From positions 16,740,001 through 16,804,000 of the forward strand of contig NC_043015.1 in NCBI RefSeq assembly GCF_006345805.1: a stretch of DNA of 64,000 nucleotides, in the 5' to 3' direction. A program made the translations under genes and the position numbers. The DNA comes from Octopus sinensis (Eukaryota). Of the stretch, positions 10,336-22,701 are shown in pieces; the stretch's first letter is position 1; the number at the start of each line of letters is the position of its first letter. The notes under the pieces are model-generated. The model searched no databases. It was not told the origin of the DNA and was given only the letters and a program-made list of their open reading frames with translations.

Positions 10336-13300
10336 AACACACACACACACAAATATATAAAAACACTACGCTCATTATTATATTAGGAGATATTGAATTG
10401 TTTTACTGAGAATGGTTTAATCAAAGAAAATATTGCAGAAGAATTGTCTAACAAAATTATTAAGGAAAATGTTTTGTTAAATTATCATTAAAGATTTCAT
10501 TAAACAGAATAACAGAATATTTCAGGGACATTTTATTGAATAAACTTATAGAAATCTAGAATAATTATAGAATACATCATACACATAAGACATAATACAA
10601 TTCAAATAATATTACAATAAACTTTCCATTAAAAAAAAACATGTTAATATACACTTCCATTTAGAAATGGTTAGATTTTTTAAAAACCTTTTTGATATCA
10701 AACTTCTATTGAAATGCACTGCTTGTGTTTCAATTAATTTTGAAAATAATGAAGAATTTAATAAAAATAACTTTGTCCTTATTAACCCTTAGGAGACACC
10801 AGGTCTAATCTATTGGCCAAAAAGTTGAATAACAAAGAAAATTGTATTAGTTCATTCAATTTCCTACAAGAATATACATAGTTTTATATATGTAAAGTAA
10901 TTACTTTATTGTTTTTAATTTTTTTTTTTTTTAAAAGTGCATGCCCTCTGTAAGGCTTGTCAAAAGGATCCAAAGGGTTAAGCTGTTGTTTAGAACATAA
11001 ACTAATATGAAGTTATTATGGAAGGTTATCATTTAAATCATTTTAAGCAGGAAGTTTGTATGATAGGACCAGGAGCAGTCTCAGACAGTATAGTATCAAA
11101 AAGAGAAAAAATGATGGGGAATTAAAAAATGTGTGTGTATACATAGATATAACTCACCGCCTAAAAATGGTGGGAAGCCCAGTCCAAAGACAGCACCGAT
11201 ATCTCCTTCTAGCTGTTTAATGATAATATATAAAACATTGGGAACATTGAAAGTTTTGCCAAAAAAATCATATTGTCACAAACGATTTAACAGACTCAAC
11301 ATGAAAGGGTTGTCTTGTAGACTACTGAAGTTTGAGTAAAAACAATAACTACTTCATTTGACAGAAGTTCTTTAGTGCTGATGCCACAATAAATGCTCTT
11401 TGATTGAAAAGAACAAATTAAATTGTAAAATTTCCAACCAAAATTACTTGGTATAGTGAGAAACACTACCAAACGTATCAATGGAACTAGCACTGACATT
11501 TTAGAGCTGCATGTATTAAGATATTAAGAGGGCAGCAGTTATAATTAGATACGGCCAATCTGCAGCTTCATGGCAATATGGAAGTGACACTAATGATAAT
11601 GAAAATCATGATTGTTGGGACTCTAATAATAGTAGTGTTCAATATTGATGACTGGAAGAAAACATAAGAGTAAGAATTTTCAGAGGTGAAGTCCCCAAAA
11701 AAGTAACATATACACAATAGTGTATATGTTCAGAGGTGAAGTCCCCAAAAAAGTAACATATACACAATAGTGTATATGTTCAGAGGTGAAGTCCCCAAAA
11801 AAGTAACATATACACAATAGTGTATATGTTCAGAGGTGAAGTCCCCAAAAAAGTAACATATACACAATAGTGTATATGTTCTTAAACATATACACTATTT
11901 CTTCTTGAATATATTTTTTGTAACATGAACAAATAGCATGTGCAGCCATACATCAAATTTATTGCATACTCATAATAATAATATCAAATGCCTTTTGGAT
12001 ATCTGGAAAGTGGATGGCAGATACATATGTGGCAACCAAGATTCTGTTGGTGGTTGCTACTTTCTTCCACAAATTACTGTGAAGTTTATTTCCACACTGT
12101 AACAGCAGCTTTAGAACAATCTCAACTGACATCCTAACCAAATATGCTAGATTAATATGCACAAGATTAATTCTATACAAATGTATCATAAAATCTGTCT
12201 CTTTTTACCGCCAAAAGTGTTTCGAGATCTTCCTGATGAATTAAGAACTACACAGACTAGCAACACTTTCAAAAAAGTTGACTTTTCTAAAATTATTTCA
12301 GTATATTGGTAAATACTGCTGTTCATGTCAGCCCAACTATCAGAACTGTAGCAGTAAAATATTAAAGGCAAAAACAAAAGAATAAAATAAAAGGAAAGAT
12401 TTATTAAAATAGATACGTATAATAAAGGCGGGGATGGTATCCATGAATGACTAAGAAAGGATTAAACGAGAAATTTACTTACAGGATTAGCTAAGATGCC
12501 TTCTTGAAGACACAATATGGCTTCATTGACAAATCGAGAAAATAGACGATATTGTATAACCTCATCAGTATTTCTGAAAAATAAAATGGAAATGTTATCA
12601 ATGTTGCATTTAATAGTAATTAATATGCAAATCTAGAAAAGAAATCTTCATCTAGATAAGATTAATGACAAACATATAACAAATATATATATATATATAA
12701 AACGATGTAGATAAGATCAAAGACAAGCATACAACAAAGAAAGTGATAAGATTTGTAAATATAAAGACATATTTTCCCAAATGTTAAAAAATATACATAC
12801 ATAAAATAAGAAATAGATATAACTTACACAATTTTTCTAGTGGCTTGTGTGGAAATTATTTGTAAGAATGTATTACTGAGTAGAAAGCGATGGTAATATA
12901 GGGAAAGGCTAAGTAGCAATAAAGTTAAATAGTGAGCTAGATACACAGCAATACAGATAGTAACAGAAGCAAGAGACATATGGCAGAAGAGTCTAAAATA
13001 CATGAATCTGCCAAACATATAGAAATGGAATAGTTTAGCTGTCAATAATATTTTGTAGTCAGTGCATATAAAAGCTAAGCTGTAGCAGATTGAAAGAGAA
13101 CCAGGATTTCGGGTGTGAAAGGTGTCTGAAATAGTCTGCCTGATTGATAGAGGAAAAGAAATATATGGATATACAATGGACACCACATGCTGGTGTAACA
13201 AAACAACATGATGGCTTGTGATGGACTCTCCTGTCAGTTTTCAAATCTGATGTGAACATTGACAAGAAGTCCATGGCAAACAGAAATTGAATGACCTACT

Positions 13301-13603
13301 TATTGAATTTGCATATGAAATGGCTGAAGCATAATTGATTAGACACAAATGTGACAAAGATGTATCTTTGATTTACAGATACAGTCCATCTGATGGGCTA
13401 CCATACAGTTTCTGGGAAACCCAGTTTCACTTACTATTCTTTGGTCAATCCAAGGTTTAAACAAGGTTAAAGATAATTGCCTAAAATATCATGCAATGAC
13501 ACTGAACCTGGTAAGAAGCAGAATTCTTAATCACTCAGCCATGAACCTGCATCCATATGCAACATTAAATCAGAAAGAAATAATCTCTGTGTGTGTGTGT
13601 GTA

Positions 13604-13640
<37 letters not shown>

Positions 13641-16600
13641 ATGTTATGTAAACTGATGTCAAGCTGTGTATCTTCATCAAAACTAAAATGTAACAATACA
13701 ATAAGTACTAGGTTCAATATGTTCAGCTAAAACTCTTGAAAGCAGAGCCCGAGAATGGCCGACACAGTGAAAGAATAATAAAAATTGATTTCAAATTTTG
13801 GCACAAAGCCAGTAATTTTGGGGGAGGGGGTAAATCAATTACATCAACTCCAGTGCTCAACAGGTACTTATTTTATTGACCCTGAAAGTGATGAAGGGCA
13901 AAGTTGACTTCAGTGGAATTTGAACTCAGAAAGTAAAGATGGACAAAATGTGACTAAGCATTTCACCCAGTGTGCTAACAATTCTGCCAGCTCACTACCA
14001 CTACCTTGAAAGAATGATAAATATTGAAAACAAAACAGTGTAGCTTGTAACTTACACAACTTTGGGTTCAAGAGAAAATTTGCTGATTATCTCAGCCACT
14101 TCAGGGTTTTCTGTTTTATCTTTTGATTTCTTTTCATAAAGGAAACAACCTTTACCAGTCTTCCGACCTGCAATAGTAATAAAGAGTAATCTATTAGCCC
14201 AACGCATTTTGTTTTTATAAATAGGGGTTACATCCACATTGTGGTTGCTTTTGATTTGTCAAAATATTAAAGATGATTCGGTTTAAAAAATTAAATCTGC
14301 AATTTGTTTCTGTTTATAATTTCAAAATAATTTTCAGATGCAAAGGTGCGTGATTTAAGGGAGATTTAGCTTTTGTTTCTAGTATATCCCATGTCCATTT
14401 GGTACCTTCCTTGTTTCTTTGCCACTCTGACATGTATTAATTTTTTTCAATATTTTTATCTCCATAAACACATTTTATGGAATTATGATGTAAAAGTGAC
14501 AGTTTTGTTTAACCCAAGGGTGATCCATTGCTGGGATTTAAGCAGCACCAAAAAATAATTCTGCAATTAAAATTTTTAACATCCACTCCATATCAAGTGA
14601 GTCTCTGCTTGTGTGTATAAGGAAAAACACTTTTACTAACAGAAAAGTATGCTATTAAAATAAATTATCTTTTACATACCTTTTTGAAATCACTTTGTTA
14701 CTCTAATAAAATTCCTCTCTCAGTCACTCACTTACTCACACACAAAGTCAGCAGAGAGTGTAGCAAATATATATAGATATAGATGAAAAAAGTGAAAAAT
14801 GAAAGAGAGAGAGAGATCTTTTCTGTTACTGTCACAGATTTAGAAATTTTAAAATTAAGTGAAAATTTTCAAATTTGGTATATTGATGTACTTTTTCATG
14901 CTGAATCCAATTATGAGATTCATTTATTCCAGAAATATTTTAGTAAAATATTACACAGGTTTAAAGTATAATAATTTTTATCCAATAAGAAAACATGATT
15001 TGTCAGCTAACATTTTGTGCATAATAGCAGTGTATCATAAAATGAAAGTAAACAGAGAAAGAGAGAGACAGAGATTGAGGTAAATAAATAGAGAGAAGGA
15101 AAGGCATAAAAGAGAAACAGCCTGATGGTGACAGAGAGCAGATTTATCAATCTAAAAGTTGAGTCATTTCTCATGGCAGGTTATATTTTTTTATTATTAT
15201 TTACAGACAACATTCTCTTTGGGATGCAGATTTCAAAAATCAAATTCATTTTTCTCAAGGGTGCACCATTTTAGAGTCTTTTGAGGCTAAACAGACATAC
15301 ATAACCACATAAACTTGCATTTATACAGAAGGTAAACAACTGTGATAAGAGACTTGGTCTGTTTTAAACTTTAGGAGCTTCCTTGTTTCAACTTCAGCAT
15401 TTTTTAATTTTTCTGACATAATTTATATTATTGGTCAGGTTTCAAATTGTTTCTTGGATTTTGCTCATTATCAAAGACACTGTTTATAGTGTTCAAAGTT
15501 CCAATGTTTTTATAACTTTTACAACTATTGCTACTATTAATAATTTAATAATACAACTATTGTTGTACAGTTACTGATTGACCTTACTGCTGCCACTTTA
15601 TGTCTTGAAGTACTAAATAAATGAATGAATGAATAAATAAAATCAAAGCAAAGTCTGGATCAGGTTCAGTCCAACCACCCAGCTTCACAGAGATATGAGC
15701 TAAAGAAGTGTGTTCAATTAAAAGACAATTTTTATCACAATTCCCATGGCTCTCAACCACTAGGATCACATTCCAAAGTGTTATAGATTCTAGCATAGGG
15801 ATTAATGTATGTTGCCCTATTTGGCTTGTTGTTAGCAACCAATAAGATGCTTGAGAATTCCTCCATCTCATCTCTCAGGAAACATTAAAGATACTGGAGA
15901 TACTAATGCCAAATGATGGATGAATGTCTGAACTGTGACATTAACATCACAAGAGGAAAAAGATATATGCAATATTAGGCAGATGAGGCATATGCAACAT
16001 GCTTGCCTTAGGTGTTCAGCTCTTTCATGGAGTCACTGGAGCACCAACATAACATATAGCAAGATTTGGGCATTTTTACATCTGGTGAAGTCTTTGCCTC
16101 TCCAGGTTTTATCACAGACAACCTATGTAAAAAGCATCCTGTCCACACTGTAAAGTGGTTGGCATTTGGAAGGGCATCAAGCTGTAAAAACCATGCCAAA
16201 ACTGACCTCGCCTGTGCTAGTGACACATAAAAAGCACTCAGTCCACTGTACAGGGTGGTTGGTGTCAGGAAGGGCACCCAGCCATAAAAACCATGCCAAA
16301 ATAGACATAGGAGATCCTGTCAAACCGTCCAATGCATGCTAGCATGGAAGGCAGACATTAAACGATGATGATGAACTTTTTCCAAAATAAAGTCAAAGTG
16401 AGAAAAAGGAACTGATTTCAGTGCAAGACTAGTATTTTATTTATTGACTCTGAAAGAGTGAAATGCATAATGATTCTGTCAAGTGGCCCCATTACACACC
16501 ACACTATATAATTTCATCAACATTATACATCATGCTGTATAATTTCAATGTTTGTACTAATAAGAAAAGTTCCTCTAATCCTCCCAATTTGTTGGAAAAC

Positions 16601-17422
16601 ATTAAACAGACTCAAGTAGAGATTGATTGTAGGAAAGAGACATGGCTGTCAAACATAATTCTGCGAATACATATAAAACTCCAAGTTGGCAGATTATTCT
16701 AAAACTATGGCAGCATGGAGAAACAAAAGTCAAGTCTAAAAAAAAATGAGAAATACAAAAAGTGAGACAGCAGAAATAAAAAATTTACCTAAAGCTCCTC
16801 TAGAAACCATTTCTTTGAGTAACTCAACATTTCCACCACCAAAGCGTGACCCAAAAGCTTTACCAAGATCCTCAGCAACATGGGCAGCAACATCAATGCC
16901 AACTTCATCAACTAGAGTTGCAAGGCCAACTGGAAAACCAAACTTTTTGGTGAGTTTGTCCAGCTGTTTGGGTGTTACTCCTTCCTGAAAGAGGGATGGA
17001 TAGTGAGGTTAAGAAAATGTAAGAAATAAATATGTACGTGTCCCACTGCATGACATCTTGGGCAAGTTGTTTTCTACAATAGCCATAGGCAGACCAAAGT
17101 GTTATGAATGGACTTGGAAGACAGAAACTGAAAGAAATCTGCCATGTGTGTGTGTGTGTCTTTGTGTCTGTGTTTATTCCCCACCTATGCTTGACAACTG
17201 ATGTTGTATTTACATCCCTATAACTAGGCAGTTTGGCAAAAGCAATCAATAGAAAAAGTACCAGACTTTAAAATATAACTTCTAGGGTTGATTCATCTAA
17301 CTAAAATTCTTCAAGGTGGTGCCCCAGCATCGCAGTAGTTTAATGACTTAAACAAGGTGTATGCATGTATGTATATATATACATATATATACACACACAC
17401 ACACACACACATATATATACAT

Positions 17423-17473
<51 letters not shown>

Positions 17474-20400
17474 GTGGTATCAAAAAGTTCGCCAGCTAGT
17501 TATGTTTAATAAAAAAAAAACTTATTTACCTAAGTTTTAACATCAACTCTTTTAAAACAGTCACCTTGTGCAGCAATACACAGTCCCAGCATTCTTTTGG
17601 AATCCAGCCTGGAAGTAGTTTTCTGTAAATGAGTCAAGGAGCTCCTGTGATTCTCTCTGGATCTTGGAAATGGTGTTAAAACAGCAACCTCTGAGTTGCA
17701 TTTTCAGCTTGAGGAGGTGATGGAAGTCCACAAGTGCTAAATCTGGTGAATAAGGCGGACACAGAAGCTGTACCATGTTGTTTTTGGTGAGAAACTTACG
17801 AGTGAGGAGAGCTCAGTGACAGGGTGCATTGTTGTAAAGAATCCAATTCTTCACACTCCACAGATCCAGTCGCTTTCACTGAATGTCCTCTCTCAAATGC
17901 TTCCAAACATTGCAATAGAACTCTCAATTGATGGCCTGGCCCTGGGGGACAAATTCTTGATGCACAATACCACATTACCAGGTACAACGCTTATGGCAGG
18001 TGTTCCAGAGACGTTCTTCGGCTTTTGAAGCACTCACACCACTTGAAACATTGCGTACAACCTATTGCCTCATCACTGCAAGCTTACCAAAACATGCTCA
18101 ATGTCTCTGTAGCAGACTTCCAAATTTCAGCACAAAATTTCACATTGGCTCTTTGTTTCTGACCATGACAAAATTAGCAGACTACAGCATAGATGTGATC
18201 ATAAAAGCACAAATTCCACAACTTGAGAAGTAAACACAGCAATGTCACTCAGCACACTGCGTGATGAAGGTCACTGCTAGCTCTCACTGTGCATGCAACT
18301 GTATGCTGCCATCTGTTGGTGTGCTACAGAACTAGTTTGGGAACATTTTGATGTCACTTCATATATGGTTCAAAATTGTATACAAGTAAGGGAACAACAT
18401 GCAAAAAATAAAGATGTTTGCTTGACATTTAATAATTAGTTATACATTACTAAGTGATTAGTCTCTATTGATTGCAGAGAAGGATTGATGAAGATTATAA
18501 CAACCAGAAACTGTACTTTGTTCACAGAGTTGGTTTGCTAGGACATACAGCCTAGATGTTGTTACTCGTCATATATAAGAATGTTTGGTGTGAATGTGTG
18601 TGTGTGTTGCACATGATATTTACTCATAAGGCAATGTAGGTAAGTATTTTCTTGGCTTATTATTCATATATTTCCTATATCTAATAGAGGAACTGGAGGG
18701 CTCTTAAGGTTATATGTAATAATAATAATTTCATGTATTACTATGCTACTAGTTTAAAACAATGACAGTTAATGGTCAATCTAAAATGAAGAAATTACCT
18801 GTAAGAGACGTACACACTCAGCAAGCATTGGTGCTAGGATACGGGTTGTATAAAAACCAGGTCCATCTTTTACTGTAATCACAAGTTTGCCTTGTTTCAA
18901 TCCCACACTGACAGCACGTGCTAAAATACATAATAATGCTTTTTAAGTTCTTTTTTTATAAAGGCATAAATTACCATTATGCAACCGAGATATTTTAAAG
19001 AATTAATTACATAGTACAAATTAGCTAATATTTCTTACCTTTAAGAATAATAATACCAGATAGAGAATGAGATGATCGACACAATTTCAATGTATACTTT
19101 ATATTTAAGGATTGATAGATGAGCAGAGGAATCCTATTTATAAGCAATATCTCAGAAATAGATAACATTATTTAATGTGTGGCTGTAGTGGTGAAACTAA
19201 AAATTACAAAGATAGAAGTTATGTTCTTTCCACATAAAATCAAGAGGGAACTGAAAGTAAGCAAACCTAACTAGGGGATAAGCAGAGTATATGTGACTGT
19301 TCACACACACACACACACATGTATATATATATATGAATGAGAGTGGGCTGAAAAGTTCATATGCTGACTATGTATTGTTTCTTTCCAAGTAAACTGACAT
19401 CTGACTGTTCAAAGAAGACTTCAAAAGAAACCAGTAGTGAGACTTCTCTTGAAAATGGACAAAATTTGGCATTGTAGTGTTATCAAGTACCTGAAGAAAA
19501 AGGTTTTTGTCCCTAATGACATTCGTGCTGATATGATTGTTACATTAGGGGATGATGCTGCAACATTACTAACAGTGCAAAAGTGGGCAGCTGAATTTAG
19601 GACATCCTGCAACTGCTACCACTGAGGAAAGCATTGATCAAGTTCACCACATGGTGATGGATGACACGCAATTGACTATAAATCAAATAGCCACTGCTAT
19701 TAGCATATCCCATGAAAGAGTCGAGAATATTCTGCACAATGAACTTGGCTCAGTGAGTGCCACATCTTCTGACAGCTGATCGAAAGTGTAAAAGGTTTTC
19801 TGTCCCACCAGGTCTTGAAGAGGCTGGCCACATCTCCAGCTACACCGACACTGATGGCTGCACCTTGAACCTGCATGTATAGTTTTTTTTTTAAACTTTA
19901 CCATGTGGTTCTTCAAGGCGGTTTTTACACTAGCCCCTATTGCATGTGCAATCATTTCTTTCACCTGATTGTTGTTCTCAGGGTTTTGGATGGGTGTGGT
20001 CCAGCCACTCCAGGGCTCTGTAGTGCTTTTTCTCACTGCTGAAGTTGGTGGTCTTCTCCTCTGTGACCTGGTGGGGAAGAATTTACTGAGATCATGGTCA
20101 TCTAAATAGTCACTGTCGTAGCTTAGTCTGAGGAGGAGGCCCAGTTCCCTCTACTTCACTCTCACAGATTACCTGAATGCATTTCTCCACAGCAAAATCT
20201 ATGTCTATAGATGGGTAGAGTGAAACCACATCCATACTACCCACTACACAACCTGTGAGGTCGTTGGAGTGGTTGCAAGTACTGATTTTACTGAGGAGAT
20301 CCCATGTCACACAGACATCTGGAGACGTCTCTATGAGAGGTCGTAATACCTGTGAGAGGAAGTAAACCAGTCTATAGTTGCTGGAGATGTTCGCTCCACA

Positions 20401-21989
20401 AACTGGTCTGGCTGGGGGTCCCATGATAGGGTTTATGTAGGGTTTGTGGTCTTTGCGTAACCTGTATAGTGTAGGAACATCATCGTTGGATGCCTGGAAA
20501 TTGTATGCTGTCCTTTTCATAGATTGGAGTATGTTGCACCACATTCCCATGTGTGCATTGAGGGTTTTTTCCACTCTTTCATGTTCCTGTGGTGCAACTT
20601 CTCTCATGCTACTCTTGTGTTGTTGCATGGTTTGGACATAGTTCTGTGAGCTATCTATTGACAGTCTGCCAGACTTGTCCGTAGGGAGGCGCACTAATTC
20701 TCTGTTCCTAATTCGCTATTTCAGTTTTTGTAGGCCTTTGTCAACAGATGGACTGAGTTGATGGGTCCCCTCCTCACTATGTTTTTTAGTGGATTTGTTG
20801 TATCGGTCTAAGATATGTTGGTGTTTATTTCTAGCTAAGGAGATCTTTGCTTCTGTTTCACTGTCAATTTGGGGTGGGATACATACCCTTTTGTTAAAGG
20901 GGAAGTTTGTGGGGTAGATCCTTGTCATGTCATAAGATTTGTAGTTAAGGTTATAGAAGACAGAGTGTAGAGTATTATTATCGTTGTGGTTGTTGTTATA
21001 GTTACTGGCTTTGTTGTTGTTGTTGCTGGTGGTGGTGGTAATGCTTGTGTTGTACCTATTGTTGTTATTGTTGTAGAGAAATGCATTCAGGTAATCTGTG
21101 AGAGTGAAGTGGAGTTCCGTAAGGTCAACACAAGGGAACTGGGCCTCCTCCTCAGACTAAGCTACGACAGTGACTAATTAGATGACCGTGATCTCAGTAG
21201 ATTCTGCCCCACCAGGTCACAGAGGGGAAGACTACTCACCATCACCTCAGCAGTGAAAAAAAGCACCACAGAGCACTGGAGTGGCTGGACTGCACCCACC
21301 CAAAATCCTGAGAACAACAATCAGGTGAAAGAAATGATTGCACATGCAATAGGGGCCAGGGAACTCCGTCAGACACAACTATGTAGGACATACCCCTTTG
21401 AGAATACTAAAATGCATCAATGATAACTGCATGGCATGTAGGGTTAGCCCTGGCATTAACTGTATAACTAGAAATGTAGTTTACAGCATAAGATGCATAG
21501 AAGGTGCTTGTAAAGACATGAACATGACACACATAAGGGAGACATCTAGGAGCATTGCGGAACAACTAAATGAACATTTGAGACAATATGATAGCAAAAA
21601 AACAGTCCTCCATACTCTACCAACATGAAAGCACCCTGGGTCAACTTGACATTCGCATCTTATCAAGCACCCAAAGGACCCAACACTCAGACAAAGACGG
21701 GAGTACGTCCTTATAAATGAAACTTCCCCAATACTAAATAGGAAATATACATAGTAGATATCATACCCCTAAACCCACAGTTTACACAGGTAGAGTAGAA
21801 TAGTTAGTGGGCTGTTATGTAGTAGATAGATGTATGTATGTATGAGGGTGTATATATATATATATGCATATGCACATGTATGTAAGCATATGGATATGAA
21901 AGTAAATAGATCAACATACAGACGGTTAGGTACTTAGGTTATATGAACAGACAAGCACACATATGCAAATGAAGACTGAAACATATGAC

Positions 21990-22033
<44 letters not shown>

Positions 22034-22423
22034 TAAAAACACAAACACAGACATGCAAAACATGAATATGCAGAATACATACATACAAATGTACATACAT
22101 AAATAAATATATACATATGCACACACACACACACATGCATACATATATAAATGCATGCATGTATAGGCACACACACTGATCCACACACATGCGCACAAAC
22201 AAACAAAAAGGAACGCAGTGTAAATAATGGACAGAGACAAAACTAATGAAAAGGTTGCAAGATGCAACGAAAATTTTAGACAAATAAAAAAGAAATAAGT
22301 GGAAATTTTAAGGTGAGTGTGTTAAATTATGAGGTACCAAAGGAGAATGACTCTCCCCAGACACAACAGAATATGCTTCAACACACGAATCACAAAATCT
22401 TGCAAACCAAATCCAAAACCGAA

Positions 22424-22455
<32 letters not shown>

Positions 22456-22634
22456 GAATCCAAAACCGAAATTATATATATATATATATACACACGAATC
22501 ACAAAGAATCTTGCAAACCAAATCCCAAACCGAAATTATATATATATATATATATATAATTTCGGTTTTGGATTTGGTTTGCAAGATTCTTTGTGATTCG
22601 TGTGTTGAAGCATATTCTGTTGTGTCTGGGGAGA

Positions 22635-22701
<67 letters not shown>

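Noticed and set aside
11681-11880. CRISPR-like array of palindromic repeats
   Set aside because: Units are contiguous and identical with no unique spacers; eukaryotic intron; no cas genes.
16746-16988. Plus-strand ORFs over HADHA exons (also 11133-11339, 30849-31064)
   Set aside because: Antisense shadows of real minus-strand exons.
20986-21177. Val/Gly-rich hydrophobic ORF
   Set aside because: (GTT/GGT)n filler fused to the Penelope arm.
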